UHGV virus genome: UHGV-0112485
Source of the DNA: a virus
DNA length: 33,005 bases
Strand: one strand, 5' to 3'
Shown here in pieces: positions 25,828-33,005 of this stretch. The translations under genes and the position numbers were made by a program. The notes under the pieces were generated by a model that was not told the DNA's origin, did no database searches, and was given only the letters and a program-made list of their open reading frames with translations. Each line of letters opens with the position of its first letter. Position 1 is the first letter of the stretch.

Positions 25828-27000
25828 ATGGCGCAAGACTATCACCACGGCGTGCGTGTTGTTGAAGTTAACGAAGGCACCCGCTCTATCACGACGGTGA
25901 GCACGGCGATTGTGGGCATGGTATGCACCGGCGATGATGCCGATGCCTCTGTGTTCCCGCTCAATAAGCCGGTTCTGCTTACCGATGTACTGACCGCCAG
26001 CGGCAAAGCGGGCGAGTCCGGCACGCTGGCCCGCTCACTGGACGCCATCGCCGACCAGGCAAAACCCGTCACCGTTGTGGGGCGTGTTGCCCAGGGCGAA
26101 ACCGAAGCGGAAACCACCTCCAATATTATCGGCGGTGTAACCGCTGACGGTAAGAAAACGGGCATCAAAGCGCTGCTTTCGGCGCAGTCGCAGCTGGGCG
26201 TGAAGCCGCGCATTCTGGGCGTGCCGGGCCATGACACGCAGGCTGTTTCCACTGAGCTGTTAAGCGTGGCGCAGAGCCTGCGCGGCTTTGCGTATCTGTC
26301 TGCCTACGGTTGTAAAACTGTGGAAGAAGCGATTGCCTACCGCGAAAATTTCAGTCAGCGAGAAGGGATGTTGATCTGGCCTGATTTCATCAACTTTGAC
26401 ACGGTGCTGCAGGCGGATGCGACTGCTTACGCCACTGCCCGCGCGCTGGGTCTGCGTGCAAAAATCGACGAGCAGACCGGCTGGCACAAAACCCTTTCTA
26501 ACGTGGGCGTCAACGGCGTAACCGGCTTGTCTGCGGATGTGTTCTGGGATCTGCAGGACCCGGCAACCGATGCCGGACTGCTGAACCAGAACGACGTCAC
26601 CACCTTGATCCGCAAGGATGGTTTCCGCTTCTGGGGTTCCCGCTGCCTCAGCGATGACCCGTTATTCCAGTTTGAAAACTACACCCGTACCGCGCAGGTG
26701 CTGGCAGACACCATGGCGGAGGCGCATATGTGGGCGGTGGACATGCCGCTTAACCCTTCGCTGGCTCGCGACATTATCGAAGGTATCCGTGCCAAAATGC
26801 GCAGCCTGGTAAATCAGGGCTACCTCATCGGCGGTGACTGCTGGATTGATGACAGTGTGAATGACAAAGACACGCTGAAAGCCGGGAAACTCTGGATCGA
26901 CTACGACTATACGCCAGTGCCGCCACTGGAAAACCTGATGCTGCGCCAGCGCATCACTGACCGTTACCTGGTGGATTTCACCACCCGCGTAAGCGCATAA
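25828..27000 (+). CDS. FI: Tail sheath protein (gpFI)
   Basis: 390 aa (P2 FI is 396). The N-terminus [30 protein letters not shown] matches P2 FI. Confidence 0.9.
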   Translation: MAQDYHHGVRVVEVNEGTRSITTVSTAIVGMVCTGDDADASVFPLNKPVLLTDVLTASGKAGESGTLARSLDAIADQAKPVTVVGRVAQGETEAETTSNIIGGVTADGKKTGIKALLSAQSQLGVKPRILGVPGHDTQAVSTELLSVAQSLRGFAYLSAYGCKTVEEAIAYRENFSQREGMLIWPDFINFDTVLQADATAYATARALGLRAKIDEQTGWHKTLSNVGVNGVTGLSADVFWDLQDPATDAGLLNQNDVTTLIRKDGFRFWGSRCLSDDPLFQFENYTRTAQVLADTMAEAHMWAVDMPLNPSLARDIIEGIRAKMRSLVNQGYLIGGDCWIDDSVNDKDTLKAGKLWIDYDYTPVPPLENLMLRQRITDRYLVDFTTRVSA

Positions 27001-27009
27001 GGGGGACCC

Positions 27010-27525
27010 ATGGCCTTACCACGCAAGTTAAAACACCTGAATATTTTTAACGCCGGTAACAACTGGATGGGCATTGCTGAATCCGTCACCCTGCCGAAAT
27101 TCACCCGCAAGCTGGAAAACTACCGCGGCGGCGGTATGCCCGGTTCAGTCGGTATTGATCTGGGGCTGGATGATGGCGCGCTGGATACGGAAATGACCAT
27201 CGGAGGTACGGAGGCGCTTCTGTTTAAACAGATGGGCAAAGCCACGGTGGACGGCGTGCAGCTGCGCTTTACCGGGTCTATTCAGCGCGACGACACCGGC
27301 GAAGTGCAGGCCGTTGAGCTGGTCGTCCGTGGGCGCCACAAAGAGGTGGATTCCGGCGAGTGGAAAACCGGCGAGAGCAATTCCACCAAAGTCAGCAGCG
27401 TTAACTGTTACGCGAAGCTGACCATTAACGGTGAAGTGCTCTATGAGGTCGATGCGATCAACATGATTGAAATTGTTGATGGTGTTGACCTGATGGAAGA
27501 ACACCGTAACGCCATCGGTCTGTAA
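27010..27525 (+). CDS. FII: Tail tube protein (gpFII)
   Basis: 171 aa (P2 FII is 172). Confidence 0.9.
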   Translation: MALPRKLKHLNIFNAGNNWMGIAESVTLPKFTRKLENYRGGGMPGSVGIDLGLDDGALDTEMTIGGTEALLFKQMGKATVDGVQLRFTGSIQRDDTGEVQAVELVVRGRHKEVDSGEWKTGESNSTKVSSVNCYAKLTINGEVLYEVDAINMIEIVDGVDLMEEHRNAIGL

Positions 27526-27577
27526 TTTTTTCCTGGCGCGCGAGGTCGCGCCAGCCAACCCATAACAGGAAAAGAGC

Positions 27578-27877
27578 ATGAGTGAGAAAACAGAAGCAAC
27601 GGTGAAACTGGATAGCCCGATTAAGCGCGGTGATACCACGATTACGGAAATTGTGCTACGTAAGCCGCAATCTGGCGCGCTGCGCGGTACGCGACTGCAG
27701 GCGGTGATGGAGATGGACGTGGCCTCTATGATGACCGTGATCCCACGCATCTCCACACCAACGCTGACCCCGCAGGAAATGGCGGACCTCGACCCGGCAG
27801 ACCTGGCCGCGATGTCTGTCGAGGTGGTCCTTTTTTTGTTGCCGAAGTCGGCACTTGCCGATTTGCCGACAGCCTGA
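27578..27877 (+). CDS. E: Tail assembly chaperone gpE
   Basis: 99 aa. Contains the TTTTTTTG slippery site near its 3' end. Confidence 0.8.
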   Translation: MSEKTEATVKLDSPIKRGDTTITEIVLRKPQSGALRGTRLQAVMEMDVASMMTVIPRISTPTLTPQEMADLDPADLAAMSVEVVLFLLPKSALADLPTA

Positions 27878-28011
27878 CGGTAGATGACCTGGTGGCGGAT
27901 ATCGCCACGATCTTTCACTGGCCGCCGTCCGTCACTGACGTTATGCCGCTGACGGAAGTGCTGGAGTGGCGGCACAGAGCGATAATGCGTAGCGGGGCCA
28001 GCGATGAGTGA
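27578..28011 (+). CDS. E': gpE' (E+E' product of a programmed -1 frameshift at TTTTTTTG 27831-27838)
   Basis: The slippery T7G heptamer is the same as in P2. The -1 frame runs uninterrupted from 27835 to the TGA at 28009-28011, overlapping the T start (...FVAEVGT...IATIFHWPPSVTD...). Confidence 0.55.
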
Positions 28012-30631
28012 TAAAAACCTGCGCCTGCAGGTGGTTCTGAATGCGGTTGATAAACTCACCCGCCCTTTAAAAAATGCGCTGGCTGGCTCGAAGGAGCTGG
28101 CCTCCGGCATCCGGCAGACCCGTGATCAGCTTAAACGGCTTAACGACGCGGGGAGCCAGTTGAAATCTTTTGATCAACTCTCACAGAGCCTGAACCGGAC
28201 CAGCAACGAGTTGGACCAGGCGAGGCTGCGTGCGCAGATGATGACGCGCGAGCTGTCAGCGCTCGAATCCCCCACGAAAAAACAGACGCAGGCGCTTGAG
28301 GCGCAATGGCGCGCAGTATCACGCCTGGAACAAAAGCAGGGGCAGGAAACGCGGCAGATGGCGGCAACCAGGGCGGAGCTGTACCGCCTCGGCATCTCTG
28401 CGGGCGGTGGCGCCCGTGAAACGGCCAGAATTACCCGAGAAACGGATCGCTATAACCAGCAGCTGGCAGAGCAGGAGCGGCGATTACGCGAGGTTGGCGA
28501 GCGCCAGCGCAAGCTGAATGCGATCAGGGCCAAAGCTGACAAGATGCGCGACATGCGTAACAGCCTGGCGGGGAACGGGGCCGGGATGATGGCGGCCGGG
28601 GTGACAACGGGCGCGACCTTGCTGGCGCCCATTCGTGCTTACTCGGAATCAGAGAACGCCGCTAACCAGCTGGCAGGCTCAATGATGGGACCGGGCGGAA
28701 AGGTGGCGCCTGAGTTCCTGAAGCTGAACAAGCTGGCGATTGCCCTGGGGGACCGGTTGCCCGGTACCACGGCAGATTTTCAGAACATGATGACCATGTT
28801 ACGCCGTCAGGGGATGTCAGCGCAGGTTATCCTGGGCGGGCTGGGTGAGTCGGCGGCTTACCTTGGCGTGCAGCTGCAGATGGCGCCGACGGAGGCCGCA
28901 GAGTTTGCCGCAAAATTGCAGGACGCCACGCAGACCACCGAAAAAGACATGATGAGCCTGATGGATCTTATCCAGCGTGGTTTTTATGCGGGCGTAGACC
29001 CCGGGAATATGCTGCAGGGTTTTTCAAAAATTAGTAGCGCGATGAGTATTCTAAATAAGAAAGGGATAGATGCAGCTAAAACCTTTGCCCCCCTGCTGGT
29101 TATGGCTGACCAGGCAAGTATGGCCGGGGAGTCTGCTGGGAATGCGTACCGGAAAATATTCCAGGCTGCCCTGGATGCAAAGAAAATTAAAGCTGTTAAT
29201 GATGATCTAAAAGGGACCGGCATTAAGTTTAATTTTTCTGATGGTAAGGGAGGATTTGGTGGGCTGGAAAATATGTATGTCCAGCTAAGTAAGCTGAGCA
29301 AACTTACTCCCGAAAAGCAGATGGCAACAAAAAAAGACCTGTTTGGCAATGATTCAGAAACGCTGCAGGCGTTGGATATCATGATCCAAAAAGGTATTGA
29401 TGGTTATCGTGAAACAGTAGCGAAGCTGGAGAACCAGGCAACTCTGCGCGAGCGCGTCGAAGCATCGCTTAATACTCTGGGCAACAAATGGGAAGCCGCT
29501 GGCGGCTCCTTTACCAACGCCATGGCGAGCATCGGTGAAACCGTCGCGCCGGTGCTGAAAAATATTGCGGACTGGCTGGGTAATCTGGCGTCCGCGCTGG
29601 ATGGTTTTGTGAAGCGTCATCCGCAACTGACGGCGGCGCTATTTAAAATTGCGGCCGTATTTGCCGTGGTAGCTACCGCAGCGGGTGTGGTGTCACTGGC
29701 CCTGGCATCCATTTTGGGTCCTATGGCGGTAGTGCGGGTAAGTGCTGGCATTCTCCAGCTGAAATTTGCTTCTGCGTTTGGTCTGGTCACAAGAGTAATT
29801 GGCGGTGCAGGCCAGGCGGTCATCTGGTTAGGCCGGTTGATGATGGCTAACCCCATTCTGGCGATAGTTGGCCTGATTGCGATGGGAGCCATCTATATCT
29901 GGCAGAACTGGGAAACGCTGGGGCCGAAGTTTAAAGCACTCTGGGATGCCATCACGTCAGGGGTGTCAGTAGCCTGGGCTGTGATTAAGCAGACCATAAG
30001 CAGCAAATGGGATGAAATTCTGAGTGATGTTGCCGCGCTGCCCGCAAAATTTAAAGCGGTGGGCGGGGCGATTATTGACGGCATCCTGAGTGGTATCAAT
30101 GAGAAATGGGAAACGCTTAAGAGCAAGCTGGCATCGGTCAAAAGCTATCTCCCGGACTGGATGACCGGCGGCGATAATTCGCAGGGCGCCTCACCGCAGA
30201 AAAAGACCCCAGGATTTTTCGCGGGGATGTATGACAGCGGTGGTTATATTCCACGTGGGCAGGTGGGTATTGCTGGCGAGAATGGCCCGGAGCTGATTAA
30301 CGGTCCGGCCTATGTGACCAGCCGCAGGAGAACGGCCGCGCTGGCGTCCGTAGTCGCCGGAATGATGGGGGGAGCAATGCCAGCAGAGGCCGCCCCGCTT
30401 CATCCCATGAGTCTGCCGGCAGCTTCATACCGTCCTGTAACTGATAAACCAGCAGGCAGCCAGCCTGTATTCCAGTTTGAAACCCATGCGCAAATTATTA
30501 TCCAGGCTCTGCCCGGTCAGAGCGCGCAGGATATTGCGCAGGAAGTTGCACGGCAGCTTGATGCGCGCGAGCGACGCATGAAGGCGAAGGCCCGCAGCAA
30601 TTTCAGTGATCAAGGGGGGTACGATTCATGA
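28004..30631 (+). CDS. T: Tail tape-measure protein (gpT)
   Basis: 875 aa. Coiled-coil N-terminus, Gly/Ala-rich TM-like middle section. In the position of P2 T (815 aa). Confidence 0.85.
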   Translation: MSDKNLRLQVVLNAVDKLTRPLKNALAGSKELASGIRQTRDQLKRLNDAGSQLKSFDQLSQSLNRTSNELDQARLRAQMMTRELSALESPTKKQTQALEAQWRAVSRLEQKQGQETRQMAATRAELYRLGISAGGGARETARITRETDRYNQQLAEQERRLREVGERQRKLNAIRAKADKMRDMRNSLAGNGAGMMAAGVTTGATLLAPIRAYSESENAANQLAGSMMGPGGKVAPEFLKLNKLAIALGDRLPGTTADFQNMMTMLRRQGMSAQVILGGLGESAAYLGVQLQMAPTEAAEFAAKLQDATQTTEKDMMSLMDLIQRGFYAGVDPGNMLQGFSKISSAMSILNKKGIDAAKTFAPLLVMADQASMAGESAGNAYRKIFQAALDAKKIKAVNDDLKGTGIKFNFSDGKGGFGGLENMYVQLSKLSKLTPEKQMATKKDLFGNDSETLQALDIMIQKGIDGYRETVAKLENQATLRERVEASLNTLGNKWEAAGGSFTNAMASIGETVAPVLKNIADWLGNLASALDGFVKRHPQLTAALFKIAAVFAVVATAAGVVSLALASILGPMAVVRVSAGILQLKFASAFGLVTRVIGGAGQAVIWLGRLMMANPILAIVGLIAMGAIYIWQNWETLGPKFKALWDAITSGVSVAWAVIKQTISSKWDEILSDVAALPAKFKAVGGAIIDGILSGINEKWETLKSKLASVKSYLPDWMTGGDNSQGASPQKKTPGFFAGMYDSGGYIPRGQVGIAGENGPELINGPAYVTSRRRTAALASVVAGMMGGAMPAEAAPLHPMSLPAASYRPVTDKPAGSQPVFQFETHAQIIIQALPGQSAQDIAQEVARQLDARERRMKAKARSNFSDQGGYDS

Positions 30632-31113
30632 TGATGGTCCTGGGCTTGTTTGTGTTTCAGTTGCGCACGGTTCCCTATCAGCAACTGCAGTATCAGCGGA
30701 ACTGGCGCCATGTGACCAACAACCGCGTTAATCGCCGTCCGACAACGCAATTTTTGGGGCCAGATAACGATCAGCTGACGCTCTCCGGCGTCCTCATGCC
30801 GGAAGTGACCGGCGGCCGGTTGTCGTTGCTGGCGCTGGAGCTGATGGCAGAGCAGGGGAAGGCGTGGCCGCTGATCGAGGGTGGTGGGACTATCTACGGC
30901 ATGTATGTGATTGAGAGCCTTAACCAGACGAAAACGGAATTTTTCGCCAGTGGGGAAGCCAGGAAAATAGAGTTTTCGCTGGGGCTTAAACGGGTGGATG
31001 AGTCCCTGTCTGAAATGTTCGGCAGTCTGAGCGATCAGCTTAGCAGTCTGCAGGATTCTGCCGCCGCCGCAGTAGGGAACATCAGATCCACGGTAGGAGG
31101 GTTGCTGCAGTGA
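30628..31113 (+). CDS. U: Tail protein gpU
   Basis: 161 aa (P2 U is 159). Confidence 0.8.
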   Translation: MMMVLGLFVFQLRTVPYQQLQYQRNWRHVTNNRVNRRPTTQFLGPDNDQLTLSGVLMPEVTGGRLSLLALELMAEQGKAWPLIEGGGTIYGMYVIESLNQTKTEFFASGEARKIEFSLGLKRVDESLSEMFGSLSDQLSSLQDSAAAAVGNIRSTVGGLLQ

Positions 31114-32207
31114 GCGAGATGGCTGATTTACTCAACCTCGGAAGCAAGACCCCGGCATTTCGGATCGTGATTGAAGGTAAAGATGCCACGCAGACGCTGG
31201 ATAAACGTCTGCTGGGTATGACACTGACCGACAACCGCGGATTTGAAGCTGACCAGCTTGATATGGAGCTGGACGACGCCGACGGCCTGGTAATTATGCC
31301 GCGTCGTGGCGCAGTGATTTCTCTGGCGCTGGGATGGAAAGGCGAGCCGCTGTACTCAAAAGGTAAGTTTACCGTTGACGAAATAGAGCATAGCGGCAGC
31401 CCGGACAGGCTGACAATCCGTGCCCGTAGTGCTGATTTCAGGGAAACGCTGAATGTCCGGCGTGAGAAGTCCTGGCACAAAACGACAGTGGGCGATGTGG
31501 TGAAAGACATTGCCGCACGGCACAGCCTTAAAGTTGCTATAGGAAATGATGTTGCTGCGATGGCGCTGGATCACCTGGACCAGACCAACGAAAGCGACGC
31601 CAGCTTTTTAATGAAGCTGGCGCGGCAGTATGGCGCGATTGCCTCAGTCAAGGACGGTAATCTGCTATTTATCCGGCAGGGGCAGGGGAAAACAGCAAGT
31701 GGTAAACCGTTGCCGGTCATCACTATTACCCGTAAGGACGGAGACAGTCACCGGTTTAGCCTGGCGGACAGGGGAGCATATACGGGTGTTATCGCTCACT
31801 GGCTGCATACCCGGGAACCGGAAAAGAAAGAAACTGCAAAGGTGAAGCGCCGCCGGAGGACGACAAAACCCAAAGAGCCGGAAGCAAAGCAGGGGGATTA
31901 CCTGGTCGGAACGGATGAGAATGTGCTGGTTCTGAACCGTACCTATGCGAACCGCAGTAATGCAGAACGGGCTGCAAAAATGAACTGGGAGCGGCTGCAG
32001 CGCGGTGTGGCGTCATTTTCTCTTCAGCTGGCAGAAGGGCGCGCGGATCTCTATACGGAAATGCCCGTTAAGGTCAGCGGCTTTAAACAGCCCATTGATG
32101 ATGCGGAATGGACCATCACAACGTTAACGCACACGGTCAACCCGGATAGCGGATTTACGACCAGTATCGAACTGGAAGTGAAAATTGATGATTTAGAAAT
32201 GAGCTGA
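31110..32207 (+). CDS. D: Tail protein gpD (late-gene D, tail hub/LysM-like)
   Basis: 365 aa (P2 D is 387). Last tail gene before ogr. Confidence 0.85.
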   Translation: MSEMADLLNLGSKTPAFRIVIEGKDATQTLDKRLLGMTLTDNRGFEADQLDMELDDADGLVIMPRRGAVISLALGWKGEPLYSKGKFTVDEIEHSGSPDRLTIRARSADFRETLNVRREKSWHKTTVGDVVKDIAARHSLKVAIGNDVAAMALDHLDQTNESDASFLMKLARQYGAIASVKDGNLLFIRQGQGKTASGKPLPVITITRKDGDSHRFSLADRGAYTGVIAHWLHTREPEKKETAKVKRRRRTTKPKEPEAKQGDYLVGTDENVLVLNRTYANRSNAERAAKMNWERLQRGVASFSLQLAEGRADLYTEMPVKVSGFKQPIDDAEWTITTLTHTVNPDSGFTTSIELEVKIDDLEMS

Positions 32208-32277
32208 ATAGGTTCACAAAATGGAAGTTGCGTGTATCATTATGTGATTAAAATGTACGGGGTGGGAGATAAATGTA

Positions 32278-32496
32278 ATGATGAATTGTCCAAAGTGCGG
32301 CCACGCGGCGCATACGCGGAGTAGCTTTCGGGTAACGGATCAGACAAAAGAGCGTTACTGTCAGTGCCAGAACATTAATTGCGGAACCACCTTCATCACT
32401 CATGAAACCGTAGTGCGATACATCATGACACCTGGAGTTATTGATAATGCCCCGCCGCACCCCACTGCCGCCGGGCAGGGGCATATGAACTTTTAA
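32278..32496 (+). CDS. ogr: Late-gene transcriptional activator, Ogr/B zinc-finger family
   Basis: 72 aa. CPKCGHAAHTRSS...ERYCQCQNINCGTTF matches P2 Ogr (CPLCQHAAHARTS..ERYHQCQNVNCSATF), with the Cys-x2-Cys...Cys-x4-Cys zinc finger. Confidence 0.9.
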   Translation: MMNCPKCGHAAHTRSSFRVTDQTKERYCQCQNINCGTTFITHETVVRYIMTPGVIDNAPPHPTAAGQGHMNF

Positions 32497-32508
32497 CGTA
32501 ACAAAAGT

Positions 32509-32886
32509 TTATTGCAGAGGTTCAATCAAACTGGTTCTGTAAGCGCGTGCCTTTTCGTTTTCCATGGAGCCAGTTTTTTTACATTCAACTCCACCGCCAT
32601 TAATCCTAAAACCTTGGTCATGGGAAACATTTAACAGAGTGATTTTTTTAATCGTCTCTGGCTTCCATTTGTTCATAAAGTAATCATTGCAAATGCCGCT
32701 GAAAAGTGATTCAGCGGCATCTATCAATAATTTTGGTTTGCTGTATTTAATGGTTAGCTCGCCATTGTCTAGGCTGTGCGATCTTGTATCGTAAACAGCA
32801 ATTAGATTCTCAATAGAGTCCGGGATTTTGTCTGCGAAGGCGCTTTGAGATGCGACAAATAGCAAGGCCAAAAGAGGTTTTTTCAT
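32509..32886 (-). CDS. AT-rich moron encoding a secreted/periplasmic 125-aa protein of unknown function
   Basis: Sec signal peptide MKKPLLALLFVASQSAFA-DK. About 38% GC. Convergent with ogr, between ogr and the right att region. Confidence 0.7.
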   Translation of the reverse strand: MKKPLLALLFVASQSAFADKIPDSIENLIAVYDTRSHSLDNGELTIKYSKPKLLIDAAESLFSGICNDYFMNKWKPETIKKITLLNVSHDQGFRINGGGVECKKTGSMENEKARAYRTSLIEPLQ

Positions 32887-32925
32887 ACGAGTCTGTCCTT
32901 AAAAAGTATGAGTACGTGAAAAACC

Positions 32926-32947
32926 TGCTGCCATTTTGCTGCCAATG
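32926..32947. repeat. Right copy of the 19-bp TGCTGCCAtttTGCTGCCA element (candidate Int arm-type sites, attR arm)
   Basis: Identical to 149-167. About 60 bp from the window end, so the attR core/tRNA would be expected just beyond 33005. Confidence 0.4.
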
Positions 32948-32965
32948 GCGTTTCTGATATGAAAA

Positions 32966-32992
32966 AGCCACCTCGCGAGAAGTGGCTTACTA
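32966..32992. terminator. Hairpin with flanking T/A runs (bidirectional terminator-like)
   Basis: AAGCCAC-ctcgcgagaa-GTGGCTT, with TTTT downstream on the + strand and TTTTTCAT downstream on the - strand. Confidence 0.35.
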
Positions 32993-33005
32993 TATGATTT
33001 TAAAG

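Noticed and set aside
27526-27553. Hairpin CTGGCGCG-cgaggt-CGCGCCAG after FII as a terminator
   Set aside because: The T-run precedes rather than follows the stem on the + strand, and no minus-strand gene ends there. It may be an attenuator, as in P2, but the support is too weak to call a feature.
27145-28110. 321-aa minus-strand ORF spanning FII, E and the T start
   Set aside because: Antisense to three conserved tail genes. Low-complexity Ser/Arg composition.
1-33005. CRISPR arrays, IS elements and transposases
   Set aside because: No regularly spaced short direct repeats, terminal inverted repeats or transposase-like ORFs were found. The only tandem repeats are the coding 171-bp fibre repeats and the 8-mer arm-site elements.

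Overview
The window is almost exactly one complete integrated 186-like (P2-family, Peduoviridae) temperate prophage of an enterobacterium. It runs from an attL-like tRNA 3' fragment at positions 9-53 to just short of the other att site, which lies beyond the window end.

Gene order follows the phage 186 prophage map, with two interruptions noted below:
- attL, then int, cI and the 186-type switch (apl, cII, small early ORFs, a TraR/DksA zinc finger, a Dam methylase and the replication initiator A).
- A LexA-controlled tum-like/DinI-like SOS module, then a candidate cos site.
- An AT-rich two-gene cargo operon (first interruption).
- Portal Q and terminase P on the minus strand, then O-N-M-L-X on the plus strand.
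- A lysis cassette made of a pinholin, a SAR-type GH24 endolysin, LysA and nested LysB/LysC spanins.
- Tail genes R-S-V-W-J-I, then a three-gene fibre module (second interruption).
- FI-FII-E/E'(frameshift)-T-U-D, ogr/B, and an AT-rich secreted-protein moron.

Ogr/B-type TGT-N12-ACA activator dyads precede O, V and FI.

The stand-out item is the AT-rich operon at 8240-9588 (about 30% GC against about 55% for the phage). It sits between cos and the portal gene, in the position of a P2-family defence hotspot. It encodes a protein with two N-terminal transmembrane helices followed by a TIR-like (DUF1863/ThsB-like) protein. I read this as a candidate, possibly undescribed, Thoeris-like or abortive-infection anti-phage system.

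The second unusual region is the tail-fibre locus. A 961-aa fibre/tailspike-like protein carries three tandem 57-aa repeats and an internal SGNH (GDS..G..GxN..DxxH) esterase domain. It is followed by an unknown 278-aa protein and a short gpH-like fibre with HxH motifs and no Tfa/gpG chaperone.

No CRISPR arrays, rRNA genes or transposases were seen.
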